A stretch of DNA of 64,000 nucleotides from Candidatus Palauibacter sp. (GTDB lineage: Bacteria; Gemmatimonadota; Gemmatimonadetes; Palauibacterales; Palauibacteraceae). This document shows positions 8,154 through 17,188 of this stretch, in pieces. The first letter of the stretch is position 1; each line of letters begins with the position of its first letter. The notes under the pieces are model-generated. The model was not told the origin of the DNA. It was given only the letters and a program-made list of their open reading frames with translations, and made no database searches. Where the stretch lies: assembly GCF_965213655.1 (NCBI RefSeq), contig NZ_CBDBZT010000003.1:2637389-2701388 (forward strand). Reading direction: 5' to 3'. The position numbers and the translations under genes were made by a program.

Positions 8154-10705
8154 TGCTCCTGCTCCACGTTCAACTGCGTGATGTCCACGGTCCAGCGCGT
8201 GTCGCCGAGCAGGTGCTTCACGAAGTATTCCGCGCGCAGCCAGAACCAGTAGTCGCTCATGTCCCCGTAGCCGTGCCGCTGGCCGGGGAAGACGAAGTAG
8301 TCGAAGCGCTTGTTGGCCCGGATCAGCGCCTCCGCCATGCGGTGCGTCCCCGCGTGGTGGACGTTGTTGTCGATGTCCCCCGTCGTCAGCAGCAGGTGCC
8401 CCTTGAGGTTCGCGGCCAGGTCCGAGTTCCGTTCGATCTCGTACTCGAAGGTCACGTTCCCGCTGTCGTCGACGACCTCACGCACGCCGTGGTGCTTCTC
8501 CGACCAGTTCTGATTGTAGACGTCGTTGTTGTGGTTCCCCGAGGATGAGACGGCGACTCTGAAGAAGTCCGGGTACACGAGCATGGCCGCCGTCGACATG
8601 AAACCGCCCCCGGAGTGGCCGTAGATCCCGACCCGGTCGATATCGATGAAGTCGTGCCGGTCGCCGAGCTGCTCGATCGCGGTCTTCTTGTCCGCCAGCC
8701 CGTAGTCGCGGAGGTTCCCGTACCCGTAGTTGTGGTACCACTTCGAGCGCGCCGGGTGGCCGCCGCGGTTCCCCACCGTGATCACGATGATCCCGAACTG
8801 GGCCAGCGCTGTCTCGTAGCGCGCCGTCGAGAACGACTTCGCGACCGCCTCCGTCTGCGGCCCCGGGTAGACGTAGGCCACGACCGGGTACGTCTTCGAC
8901 GGATCGAAGTCGAACGGCTTGTACATGACGCCGTACAGGTCGGTCACCCCGTCGGCCGCCTTCACCGTGTACGGTTCGGGGAAGCCGTACCCCGCCTCCT
9001 CCAGCTTCGAGAAGTCGGCGGTTTCGAGGTCGATGATCCGTCGTCCGTTCGCCGCATGGAGCGCCGCCGCCGGGGTCGTGTTGACCCGGGAGTAGTTGCT
9101 GACGAAAAAGCGGTTCGACTCCCCCATTGCGACCCGATGATCGAAGTCGCCGGGGTTCAGCAGCGTCAGCCCGGAGCCGTCCAGATTCACCCGGTACAGG
9201 TGCTGGTAATACGGATCCTCGCCCGCCTCGCGCGCGTTGGCCTGGAAGTAGACGACGCCGGCCGACTCGTCGAGCCCGACCACCTGGCGCACCGACCACG
9301 GACCCTCCGTGAGGCGGTTGCGCAGCGTGCCGTCCGGCCCGAAGCGGTACAGGTGGGCCCAGCCGTCCCGCTCCGACCACCACAGCATGTCGCCCGACTC
9401 GAGGAGTTCGAGCCGCTGGAACTCCACGTACGTGTTGAGCCGCTCCTCGAACAGCACGCGCGCCTCGCCCGTCGCGGCGTCCGCCACCATCACGTCCACG
9501 CGGTGCTGGTCGCGGCTCTGCCTCACGAAGTGGAGTTCGTCCGAGTTCGGCGCGAGCCACAGCGAGCGGAACGGCTCCTCGCTGTCCGGATAGCGGAACT
9601 GGCGCGCAGAGGTCGTGAACAGTCGGTGGTCCTTCCACTCCTCGGGCATCGCGACTTCGACCATGCCGCGTTCCTGCAGGTCGTAGATCAGGAGTTCGGG
9701 CTGACTCACGGTCTCCTCGCCCGGCATGTCGTATTTGTAGGACTCGAGTTCGGGCCGCTCGTTGCCGACCATGTGGATGACCCAGAGATCTCCCGTCTCC
9801 CGCCGGTCGCGGCGTATCAGGGAGAAGCGGCGTGAGTCATGCGACCAGGAGAGCGACACCCGCTTGCGCTCGTCCGCGTTCTCCTCCCGCTCGATGTCCG
9901 TGTCCCCGCGGTCGAACACGGCGTAGCTGTAGTGCTCCTCGCCGTCCGTCGTGAGCTGCGTCTCCTCGACCTCGATCCCCTCCTCCGCTTCGTCGGCCTC
10001 GTCCCCGCTCTTGCCTCGCCGCGCCTCGAGAAACTGCTGGTAGTCATCCCCGCTCATCATGTACAGGTTGTGGTGGCGGGCGAAGATCACGGTCTGCCCA
10101 TCGGGGGACACGCTGGCCCATGAGGGGTGGTTGTCCGGCGCCTCCCAGTCCTCGAGTTCGCGTAGCACGCGGGTGTTCACGTCGTACTCGAAGTGGAACA
10201 CCTTCTTCCGGGCGCGCTGGCGCTGCTGTTCTCCCTCTTCCTCCTCCTCGTCCAGCTCCTCCATCTCCGTTTCCGTCTCCTCCTCCTCTTCGTCCTGAGA
10301 GGACTCGACCTCGAACTGGAGCGTGTTCGCATCGATGAACTTGATCGAGCGGATCGGGAGGTGCTGGCCGTCCCAGGGATCGCGCGTGATGCGGGTGAGT
10401 TCGGCCGCGATCCGGTCGTTGTCGAAGATCTGTCGCTTCGTCCCGGCCACCGGATCCACGATGTAGTAGAAGGAGCCGTCCGAACTCTCCCATTCATACC
10501 AGAAGGACTCCGACCCCTCGATCCAGCGCGGATTGACGGACGTGGAGTAGACGAGGTCCTGGATCTTGTACGGCGCGAAGCGCGCCGCGAGGCGGTAGTT
10601 CGCCGGGCCTTCGGCGGCCTCCTGCGCGGCGAGGGAGGGCGTCAGCAGGATCACGGCGGCGAGCCAACCGAAGGAGCGGAGGCTGAAACGCGCTGCGCGG
10701 TTCAT
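8138..10705 (-). CDS. S9 family serine peptidase (dipeptidyl-peptidase IV / prolyl oligopeptidase family) with acidic low-complexity insert
   Basis: C-terminal alpha/beta hydrolase with GHSGGG (IGIYGHSGGGFMSTAAML); N-terminal beta-propeller region; signal peptide after MNRAARFSL; E-rich insert (DEEEEETETEMEELDEEEEEGE). Confidence 0.85.
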   Translation of the reverse strand: MNRAARFSLRSFGWLAAVILLTPSLAAQEAAEGPANYRLAARFAPYKIQDLVYSTSVNPRWIEGSESFWYEWESSDGSFYYIVDPVAGTKRQIFDNDRIAAELTRITRDPWDGQHLPIRSIKFIDANTLQFEVESSQDEEEEETETEMEELDEEEEEGEQQRQRARKKVFHFEYDVNTRVLRELEDWEAPDNHPSWASVSPDGQTVIFARHHNLYMMSGDDYQQFLEARRGKSGDEADEAEEGIEVEETQLTTDGEEHYSYAVFDRGDTDIEREENADERKRVSLSWSHDSRRFSLIRRDRRETGDLWVIHMVGNERPELESYKYDMPGEETVSQPELLIYDLQERGMVEVAMPEEWKDHRLFTTSARQFRYPDSEEPFRSLWLAPNSDELHFVRQSRDQHRVDVMVADAATGEARVLFEERLNTYVEFQRLELLESGDMLWWSERDGWAHLYRFGPDGTLRNRLTEGPWSVRQVVGLDESAGVVYFQANAREAGEDPYYQHLYRVNLDGSGLTLLNPGDFDHRVAMGESNRFFVSNYSRVNTTPAAALHAANGRRIIDLETADFSKLEEAGYGFPEPYTVKAADGVTDLYGVMYKPFDFDPSKTYPVVAYVYPGPQTEAVAKSFSTARYETALAQFGIIVITVGNRGGHPARSKWYHNYGYGNLRDYGLADKKTAIEQLGDRHDFIDIDRVGIYGHSGGGFMSTAAMLVYPDFFRVAVSSSGNHNNDVYNQNWSEKHHGVREVVDDSGNVTFEYEIERNSDLAANLKGHLLLTTGDIDNNVHHAGTHRMAEALIRANKRFDYFVFPGQRHGYGDMSDYWFWLRAEYFVKHLLGDTRWTVDITQLNVEQEQTGGR

Positions 10706-10894
10706 GGCAACCTCTGTCTTTGTGCGGAAGAAGGACGAAAGGACGTCGGAGAACGTGGAGGCGGCCACATCGGCCTGTCCAGATGGCCGCGCCAGGAGGG
10801 CGCCTTGCCGCGGGTGCTGCACGCACCCCGTCAGCGGGAGCCGGTCCGGGCGACCGGCCCCCCGCCGACAGGGGTTGAAGGAATTCGCCGGTCG

Positions 10895-11302
10895 CTAGTC
10901 GCCGCGTCCGAGCATGATGCCGACCACAGCGCCCGCCGCGCCCCACAGGACTGCGGCGACGACGACATCGACGACGGCCCAGGTGAGCGTCGAGATGTTC
11001 ATCGTGCCCAGCATCACGAACCCGAAGGCGACAGCGAGAAGTGCGCCGATCTTGGCGCCCGCCTTGGCGCCGCCTGCGGCGTCCGTCGCGCCCGCCCAGC
11101 CGAGGACCGTGGCGAGCACGCCACCCGAGGCGAGCTGGCCTACCGCGATCCAGAGGAAATTGGGGGTTTCCTTCATGACACCGGTGGCGGAGCCCATGTT
11201 CGCTTCCATGAATCCGCCGAGCACAAGCTCGTAGAGTACGTAGCCCCCCACGAAAAGGACGACGGCACCGGCGAGTGATGCGACGAGGCACTTCGTGTTC
11301 AT
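10895..11302 (-). CDS. Small integral membrane protein (about 135 aa, 3-4 TM), unknown function
   Basis: Strong SD (GGCGGAGGTAACGCC-ATG); hydrophobic Gly/Ala-rich helices; sits directly downstream of the sterol-reductase-family gene. Confidence 0.55.
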   Translation of the reverse strand: MNTKCLVASLAGAVVLFVGGYVLYELVLGGFMEANMGSATGVMKETPNFLWIAVGQLASGGVLATVLGWAGATDAAGGAKAGAKIGALLAVAFGFVMLGTMNISTLTWAVVDVVVAAVLWGAAGAVVGIMLGRGD

Positions 11303-11465
11303 GGCGTTACCTCCGCCTGAGGCTGGGTGGCCTCCCCTGACACGTCCCGTCCCCGATTTGGCGCAGGCTTGAGACCGAGCCTGCCGACTCTGAACATGGG
11401 AATCCGTAAAGGCAGCCGGCAAGAGAGGTTAGGTGGAGAGCCCGCCGGGACGGCTCGTACAGCCG

Positions 11466-12548
11466 CTAGTACAGCCGCGGCACGATCCTCCAGGGGACCC
11501 GCTCGCGGTAGCGTTCCCACAGCTCACCATACTTTGCCGCGCAACGCCGATCGTCGTCGCGCTCTCGCGGGACGAGGAGCAGCAGGTAGTAGAGCGGATA
11601 CAACCAGGGGCCAAGTTCCGATGGCCGCCCCAGCGAGAGCGCGAGACCCGTCGCCATCAGGATTTCGCCCAGGTAGTTGACGTGTCGGGAAACGCCCCAG
11701 AAACCGCCGCACAGAAGGCGCCGCCGGCCGTCGGAGATCGACGTCTGCGGGAACCGCTCCAGGAAGGGACGGCCGGGATCCCGCTTGAAGGCGTACTTCT
11801 GCATGTTCGCGCCCCGCGCCAGAGTCCAGCCCGCGAAGAACGTCAGGGACGCGAGGACAAGGAGCCACGCGGGCGCCCCCGCATTCGGAAGCGCCGCGAC
11901 GGCCCACAGCCCCACGCAGTAGAACCAGGGGTACCAGGCCAGGCAGCCCCAGATGAGCTTGAAGCCGACCCGCTCCGCGAAGAGGTCGTACGTGTAGAGG
12001 TGGACTCGTTCGAACACCAGGTAGTCGACCACGAACCAGGTCAAAAGGGCGGCATACAGGATGACGCCGGGGGAGGGATCGCCGGGGTACGCCAGCACAT
12101 GGTGGGCGACGAAGGAGAGCAGGTTGAGTTCGAGCAGGATGGCCCCGACGAGATAGAGGACCATCTTGGCATCCGCGCGCCCGCCGAAAAGGCGCGGGTT
12201 CTCCGCCCGCCCGAAAAAGTACTGGGCGACGAACGAGCGGCCGGTCGACGGCGCCCACGCCATCGCCGCCAGCGATAGCAGCACGCCGAGCACGCAGGCC
12301 CCCGCCGCGCCCCACCAACGGTGCTGCCACAGCCAGTCCCAGGGCAGGACGCCGCTGTATCCGGCGATGGCCCAGATCACGAGGCTGACCGCGAAGGTCA
12401 GGAGCCCGTTGATTCGATAGCGGAGGCGCTCCCCGCGCCCATCGATCGCGTAGCCCTCGATGCTGCGGGCCGGGAGCACCACATGGAGCCCGAGAATCCC
12501 CGTGTATACGAGCCAGGGCGCGAAGAAGCCGAGGACGGGATTCGTCAC
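11466..12548 (-). CDS. ERG4/ERG24 family sterol reductase homologue (7-dehydrocholesterol / delta14-sterol reductase-like)
   Basis: Multi-TM; C-terminal signature LLCGGFWGVSRHVNYLGEIL ... RDDDRRCAAKYGELWERYRERVPWRIVPRLY matches the sterol reductase family motif and NADPH-binding tail. Confidence 0.8.
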   Translation of the reverse strand: MTNPVLGFFAPWLVYTGILGLHVVLPARSIEGYAIDGRGERLRYRINGLLTFAVSLVIWAIAGYSGVLPWDWLWQHRWWGAAGACVLGVLLSLAAMAWAPSTGRSFVAQYFFGRAENPRLFGGRADAKMVLYLVGAILLELNLLSFVAHHVLAYPGDPSPGVILYAALLTWFVVDYLVFERVHLYTYDLFAERVGFKLIWGCLAWYPWFYCVGLWAVAALPNAGAPAWLLVLASLTFFAGWTLARGANMQKYAFKRDPGRPFLERFPQTSISDGRRRLLCGGFWGVSRHVNYLGEILMATGLALSLGRPSELGPWLYPLYYLLLLVPRERDDDRRCAAKYGELWERYRERVPWRIVPRLY

Positions 12549-12552
12549 GCGG

Positions 12553-14043
12553 TCACGGGATCGGGGGTTTCTGGTCCCTCGGGATCGGGGATTGCCACGG
12601 CCGGCCCGCCGTGGATCGACCGTGCGCCCCCTTCGCCGCGGCGAGCAGGTCGGGGTCGGTCAGGAGATCCACGCCCGTCATCGCCATGACCCGCGCGGCC
12701 ACATCGGCCGCGGCCGCCGCCCACTCGGTCCCGTGCGAAGCGCTCGTCGCCCAGGAATGCCACGGGACGCCCTTCGGGGCGGACGTCACTTCGAGCTGGA
12801 CCGTCGGCGTGAGCCAGCTCACTTCCGCCACATCGGTGGATCCGCCCTGCGCCGGGGTCGGGCGGGCCGCGAGCGGTTGTACGTCGATGTCGAGTCCCAC
12901 CTGCTCGATGTCGAGGCCGGCCTGCATCTCACGGCCCCAGGCCTGGAAGGCATCCGGGAATCGCGGCCCTCCGACCGCCTCCAGGTTGGCCTGCATCGCC
13001 TCCTGCAGGGGACGGTTGAGCAGCAGGGCATGGACGCCCGTGATGAGCGAGACCTCGTGCTCGGTGCGGGTCGCCTGGGCGGCGGCGTCGGCGATGTCGA
13101 GCAGCCACTCGTAGTACTCATCGACGTTCGCCCGCAGCGTGTCGCGAACGTAGTACCACACCTTCGCGTACTCGGGCACGACGTTCGGCGCCTCACCGGC
13201 GTTCGGCATCACATAGTGGATGCGGGTCGAGGGATAAACGTGCTCGCGCATCAGGTTCGCGCCGTAGTTCATCATCTCCGCGGCATCGAGCGCGCTGCGC
13301 CCGTTCCACGGATCCGCCGCGGAGTGCGCGGCCTGACCCCGGAACTCCACCGTGAAGTTGTTCATGGCCTGCGTCGAGGCGTTCGTGACCCGCGTCTCCG
13401 TCATGGGGTGCCACACCAGCGTCGCGTCCACCCCGTCGAACACCCCCGCGTTGGCCATGTACACCTTGCCGACGACCGTCTCCTCCGCCGGCGTGCCGAA
13501 CAGGCGCACCTCGCCGGCGATATCCCGATCCACCATCGCACGCTTGATCGCGATCGCGGCGCCGACCGACCCCGCCCCGAACAGGTTGTGCCCACAGCCC
13601 TGCCCGCTCGTGACACCGTCCGCCCGCGACTGCCGATGCGGCACCGGTTCGTTCCCGACGCCCGGCAGCGCGTCGTACTCCGCCAGGACTCCGAGCACGG
13701 GGCCCCCGCTGCCGTGGCTGAAGGTCGCCGTGAAAGCGGTGGGCATGCCGGCGACACCGGTTTCGACCTCGAACCCTTCGGCCGCCAGCAGGCCGGCGAG
13801 ATACTCCGCCGAGCGATGCTCGAGCAGCGCGATCTCCGAGTACTCCCACAGCGTCATCGACATCTCCCGGATCTCGTCCGCCAGGTCGTCGAGCGCTTCC
13901 AACGCGGCGATCTTCTCGGCCGACACGCCCCGCATGAGGGCGGTGGGCGTCTGCGACGCCAGAGGCACGGGGGCGGTGAAGAACACAAACGCCGCGACAA
14001 CTGCCGGGAATGCGGCGGTCCTCGTAAGTGATGTCCGGTGCAT
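12553..14043 (-). CDS. M20D-family amidohydrolase (AbgB / aminobenzoyl-glutamate hydrolase-like), exported
   Basis: Signal peptide; GQGCGHNLFGAGS, LFGTPAEE, M20 dimerisation region; C-terminal tail may be over-extended. Confidence 0.75.
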   Translation of the reverse strand: MHRTSLTRTAAFPAVVAAFVFFTAPVPLASQTPTALMRGVSAEKIAALEALDDLADEIREMSMTLWEYSEIALLEHRSAEYLAGLLAAEGFEVETGVAGMPTAFTATFSHGSGGPVLGVLAEYDALPGVGNEPVPHRQSRADGVTSGQGCGHNLFGAGSVGAAIAIKRAMVDRDIAGEVRLFGTPAEETVVGKVYMANAGVFDGVDATLVWHPMTETRVTNASTQAMNNFTVEFRGQAAHSAADPWNGRSALDAAEMMNYGANLMREHVYPSTRIHYVMPNAGEAPNVVPEYAKVWYYVRDTLRANVDEYYEWLLDIADAAAQATRTEHEVSLITGVHALLLNRPLQEAMQANLEAVGGPRFPDAFQAWGREMQAGLDIEQVGLDIDVQPLAARPTPAQGGSTDVAEVSWLTPTVQLEVTSAPKGVPWHSWATSASHGTEWAAAAADVAARVMAMTGVDLLTDPDLLAAAKGAHGRSTAGRPWQSPIPRDQKPPIP

Positions 14044-14096
14044 TTGAAGATCCTCGCGTAGCTGGGTACGTCTCGCCCGGGCCGACCCGAGGCCTG

Positions 14097-15383
14097 TTAG
14101 AACCGGTCCAGCCGCGGGTTCACGACGTTGGAATAGATCGATCCGAACGTGTAGGAGAAGCCCACCGACACGCCATACTCGAAGCCGCTCTGGAGGATCC
14201 GCTGGCGAAGGAGGACCTCCTCCGTCGTGGCATCGCCGGCCGGTACGTTGAGCTGATCGCGGATGCGGGAGTAATTCGCGTCCAGCCGCAGCGACAGTCC
14301 CCGGAAGATCCGGAAATCAGCCCCGGCGAAAGCCGTGAAGCGGTTCTTGGACGGATCGTGGAGGAACTGGGAGAACGTCAGAAAACCGTACGATTCGCCC
14401 CACGGCTGGCGGACGCTGAGGCGGACGCTGAACCGGTGGTGGGGGAGGGTCTCCTCGTCCTTGAGGAAGACGGTCTGCTCGATGTAGTCGTGGTACCGGA
14501 GGCCGATCGTGTAGAGGAAATTGAACTGCCTGCGGGTCGACTCGGAGTAGGGGAAGATATTGTACTCCAGCGCCGGCCCCACCTGGAGTTGCAGGTCTTC
14601 GTTCGCGAAGCTGGAGTGCCCCAACTCGAACGCGGTCCCCGCCGACCAGTGGTCCGACAGGCTCCACACGGTGAGACCCTCCGCATCGTAGCTCTCGCGG
14701 ATGCTGGTCACCGAGGTGGTGTCGGAAGTCTCGAAGAGACTCCGGTCGTAGCTCCCATCGATGGAAAACTCGAGCTTCAGAGCGTCCGTGACCCGGTCGG
14801 CCGAGAACCCGCTTTCGAGTTCGTACGATTCGGTGCGCTCGTCGACGTCGAGTTCAACGTGGGCGCGCAGCCGGAAGGTCCAGAAGTTCCAGGGGTCGTC
14901 CTCGGGCCGGGCGGGGATCTCGCCGTGTTCCGCTCCGTCGTAGTGGATATCGATGCTGGGAGCCTGACCGGTGCGGGCAATGTAGCGAAGGAGCCCCAGT
15001 TCGAGGGTGTGCGCCACCTCGGTCAGTCGCTGTTCCACCGCGAGATTCGCGCGGGTCACGACTTCGAGCCGGTCCGTGACCTCGATGAACTCCTCCCGGC
15101 CTATGAAGTCCAGCGTGAAGCGCTGGCCTCCGCTGCCCGTGCCCTCCGAGGTCATCAGGACATGGACCTGCGCGTCCTCGCGGTCGCGCGTGTAGTTCAC
15201 GTACGGGATCTCGCGCCGGTAAAAGTCGAAGTCGCACATCCCTCGGCCGCCCTCGCAATCGAAGAAGACGCGAAGGGCGCCGTTGCCGTTGGCGACGGGC
15301 GTCACCTCCTGCGCGGTCAGGGGGACGGCGACCAGGCAGGCCGCGGCGACGAGGCCGGCTGCGATGCTCGAAGAGGGTTTCAC
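14097..15383 (-). CDS. Hypothetical outer-membrane beta-barrel protein
   Basis: Signal peptide (AACLVAVPLTAQE); alternating amphipathic strands; terminal ...RLDRF aromatic C-terminus. Confidence 0.55.
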   Translation of the reverse strand: MKPSSSIAAGLVAAACLVAVPLTAQEVTPVANGNGALRVFFDCEGGRGMCDFDFYRREIPYVNYTRDREDAQVHVLMTSEGTGSGGQRFTLDFIGREEFIEVTDRLEVVTRANLAVEQRLTEVAHTLELGLLRYIARTGQAPSIDIHYDGAEHGEIPARPEDDPWNFWTFRLRAHVELDVDERTESYELESGFSADRVTDALKLEFSIDGSYDRSLFETSDTTSVTSIRESYDAEGLTVWSLSDHWSAGTAFELGHSSFANEDLQLQVGPALEYNIFPYSESTRRQFNFLYTIGLRYHDYIEQTVFLKDEETLPHHRFSVRLSVRQPWGESYGFLTFSQFLHDPSKNRFTAFAGADFRIFRGLSLRLDANYSRIRDQLNVPAGDATTEEVLLRQRILQSGFEYGVSVGFSYTFGSIYSNVVNPRLDRF

Positions 15384-15410
15384 GCGAGGATTCCTTGAGG
15401 GACGGCTACG

Positions 15411-15788
15411 CTAGAAGAACTGGTCGATGAGGATCGGGTTCCCGTCGGGATCCTCGAGAACGATGTGCGCGGGTCCGGAATCGCCCGCCTCCCCGGTGTC
15501 GTGCGAGACCTCCACCCCCTGTTCACGGAGCGTCAGCTCGATCTCACGGACATCCGTGAAGGACTCCATCGGCTTGCCCTCAAGCGTGAGACCCGGGTTG
15601 AAGGTGAGGATGTTCTTCTCGAACATGCCGTGGAAAAGGCCGACCACCGTCCCTCCGTTCATCATGATCAGGTAGTTTGCCTCGGGGTCGCCACCCGTCT
15701 GCACGAAACCGAGCTTCTCATAGAACGCCTTCGAGGCGGTGAGGTCCTTTACCGTGAGACTGATCGAGAACAGGCCGAGTTCCAAGGG
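15411..15788 (-). CDS. VOC family protein (glyoxalase/bleomycin-resistance fold)
   Basis: [15 protein letters not shown]...[22 protein letters not shown] typical VOC fold; start uncertain (TTG/GTG; the ORF track extends to 16019). Confidence 0.55.
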   Translation of the reverse strand, partial: PLELGLFSISLTVKDLTASKAFYEKLGFVQTGGDPEANYLIMMNGGTVVGLFHGMFEKNILTFNPGLTLEGKPMESFTDVREIELTLREQGVEVSHDTGEAGDSGPAHIVLEDPDGNPILIDQFF

Positions 15789-15905
15789 TTTGCTCCGGGT
15801 TGAGGACGTTGCGGCGACGGTTGCCGGGAAACCGATACCCGAGAGCCGCGCGACCAACACCAGCCGACGAGACCGCCCGGCCCTCAAGTTCCGCCCCCCC
15901 GGACG

Positions 15906-17045
15906 ATGAGCGTGCTCCGTCTTTCGCTCCGCTCGCCGCAGTTGCGGCGCGCGGTCCCGGAAGGGGTCCTCGACCCGGCCGCGGCTGCGGCGGCTCGGGA
16001 CGTGATCCGAAGCTGGCACAAGTACGGCCCGACGCCGATGGTAACACTGCCGGGCCTCGCCGCGTTGCTCGGCGTCGAAACCGTCTGGGTGAAGGACGAG
16101 TCGCCGCGCTTCGGGCTCGGCTCGTTCAAGGCGCTCGGCGGGGCGTTCGCGGTCCTGCGAGCGCTGCAGGACGAGATCGAGCGCCGCAGCGGTAGCCGGC
16201 CGACGACGGCGGAACTACGGGCCGGGCATCCGCTGGCGGCCGAGATCACGGTCACGACCGCCTCGGCGGGGAACCACGGCCGGTCCGTGGCGTGGGGAAG
16301 TGCCGAGTTCGGCTGCCGCTGCGTGACCTTCCTCCCGGAAGACGCGATACCGGCGCGCGCCCTTGCGATCGAGGGACACGGAGCGAAGGTGGTCCGCGTA
16401 CCCGGCGAGTACGACGGTGTCGTCGGGCACACCGACCGGGAGGCCGCGCGGAATGGCTGGCTCGTCGTTTCCGACACGGCATACCGGGGCTACGAGGAGA
16501 CGCCGCGCCGCATCATGGCGGGTTACACGCTCCTCGCCGCGGAGATGCTCGACGACCTCGCGGAGGCCGGCTCGCCGCCGCTCACGCATCTGTTCGTGCA
16601 GGCGGGCGTCGGCGGCCTTGCGACCGGGGTGTGCGGGCATTTCGCACAGGTGTGCGGCGAGGGGCGGCCGCGCTTCATCGCGGTCGAGCCGTGGCGGGCC
16701 GACTGCTTCGGCCGGAGCCTGCGACTCGGCCGGCTGAGCGTCGCCGAACCGCCGTTCCACACCGCGATGGGCGGTCTCGCCGCCGGCGTCGCGTCGACGA
16801 TCGCCTGGGACTATCTGGCTCCACTGCTCGACGCGGCAATCGCGCTCCCGGAACCCGTATGGACCGCCGGCGCCGAGGCGCTCGCGTCCGGTCGACTGGG
16901 CGCCCGCATCATCGCGGGCCCGTCCGGCGCCGCCGGCGCAGGAGCGCTCGTCGCCCTGGCCGGCCTCCCCGGCCTGCGCCGGCTCCTCGGCCTCGATGCG
17001 TCGGCGCGCGTCGGCGCGATCGTCACCGAGCAGCGCTTCGACTGA
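15906..17045 (+). CDS. dpaL: Diaminopropionate ammonia-lyase (PLP-dependent, fold type II)
   Basis: [20 protein letters not shown]-lysine motif and overall length match DpaL/YgeX. Confidence 0.7.
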   Translation: MSVLRLSLRSPQLRRAVPEGVLDPAAAAAARDVIRSWHKYGPTPMVTLPGLAALLGVETVWVKDESPRFGLGSFKALGGAFAVLRALQDEIERRSGSRPTTAELRAGHPLAAEITVTTASAGNHGRSVAWGSAEFGCRCVTFLPEDAIPARALAIEGHGAKVVRVPGEYDGVVGHTDREAARNGWLVVSDTAYRGYEETPRRIMAGYTLLAAEMLDDLAEAGSPPLTHLFVQAGVGGLATGVCGHFAQVCGEGRPRFIAVEPWRADCFGRSLRLGRLSVAEPPFHTAMGGLAAGVASTIAWDYLAPLLDAAIALPEPVWTAGAEALASGRLGARIIAGPSGAAGAGALVALAGLPGLRRLLGLDASARVGAIVTEQRFD

Positions 17046-17188
17046 CCTCGGCGGACTGCCGGGAGGCGCGGGCCGCGTACCGCTTGCCGCGGGCCGCCGC
17101 CTCCGTATAGTCGATCACGCCGATCCTCGGGACACACGCGCGGACCGGCCCCGGCACCTTGAACTCCCGCAACCCGGCCAGGAGCTCC

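Noticed and set aside
8478-9835. 386-aa and 406-aa ORFs inside/antisense to the S9 peptidase
   Set aside because: The S9 gene has a catalytic GHSGGG motif and full family architecture; the alternatives are low-complexity R/G/P-rich.
10177-10330. ctcctcctc / gag-rich repetitive tract considered as a possible CRISPR-like or microsatellite repeat
   Set aside because: It is in-frame coding sequence for the poly-Glu insert of the S9 peptidase, with no spacer/repeat architecture.
12460-15398. Long plus-strand ORFs (523 aa, 456 aa) opposite the M20 amidohydrolase and outer-membrane protein
   Set aside because: The minus-strand products have signal peptides and family motifs (GTPAEE, C-terminal aromatic beta-barrel end); the plus-strand translations are Arg/Gly-rich with no domains.
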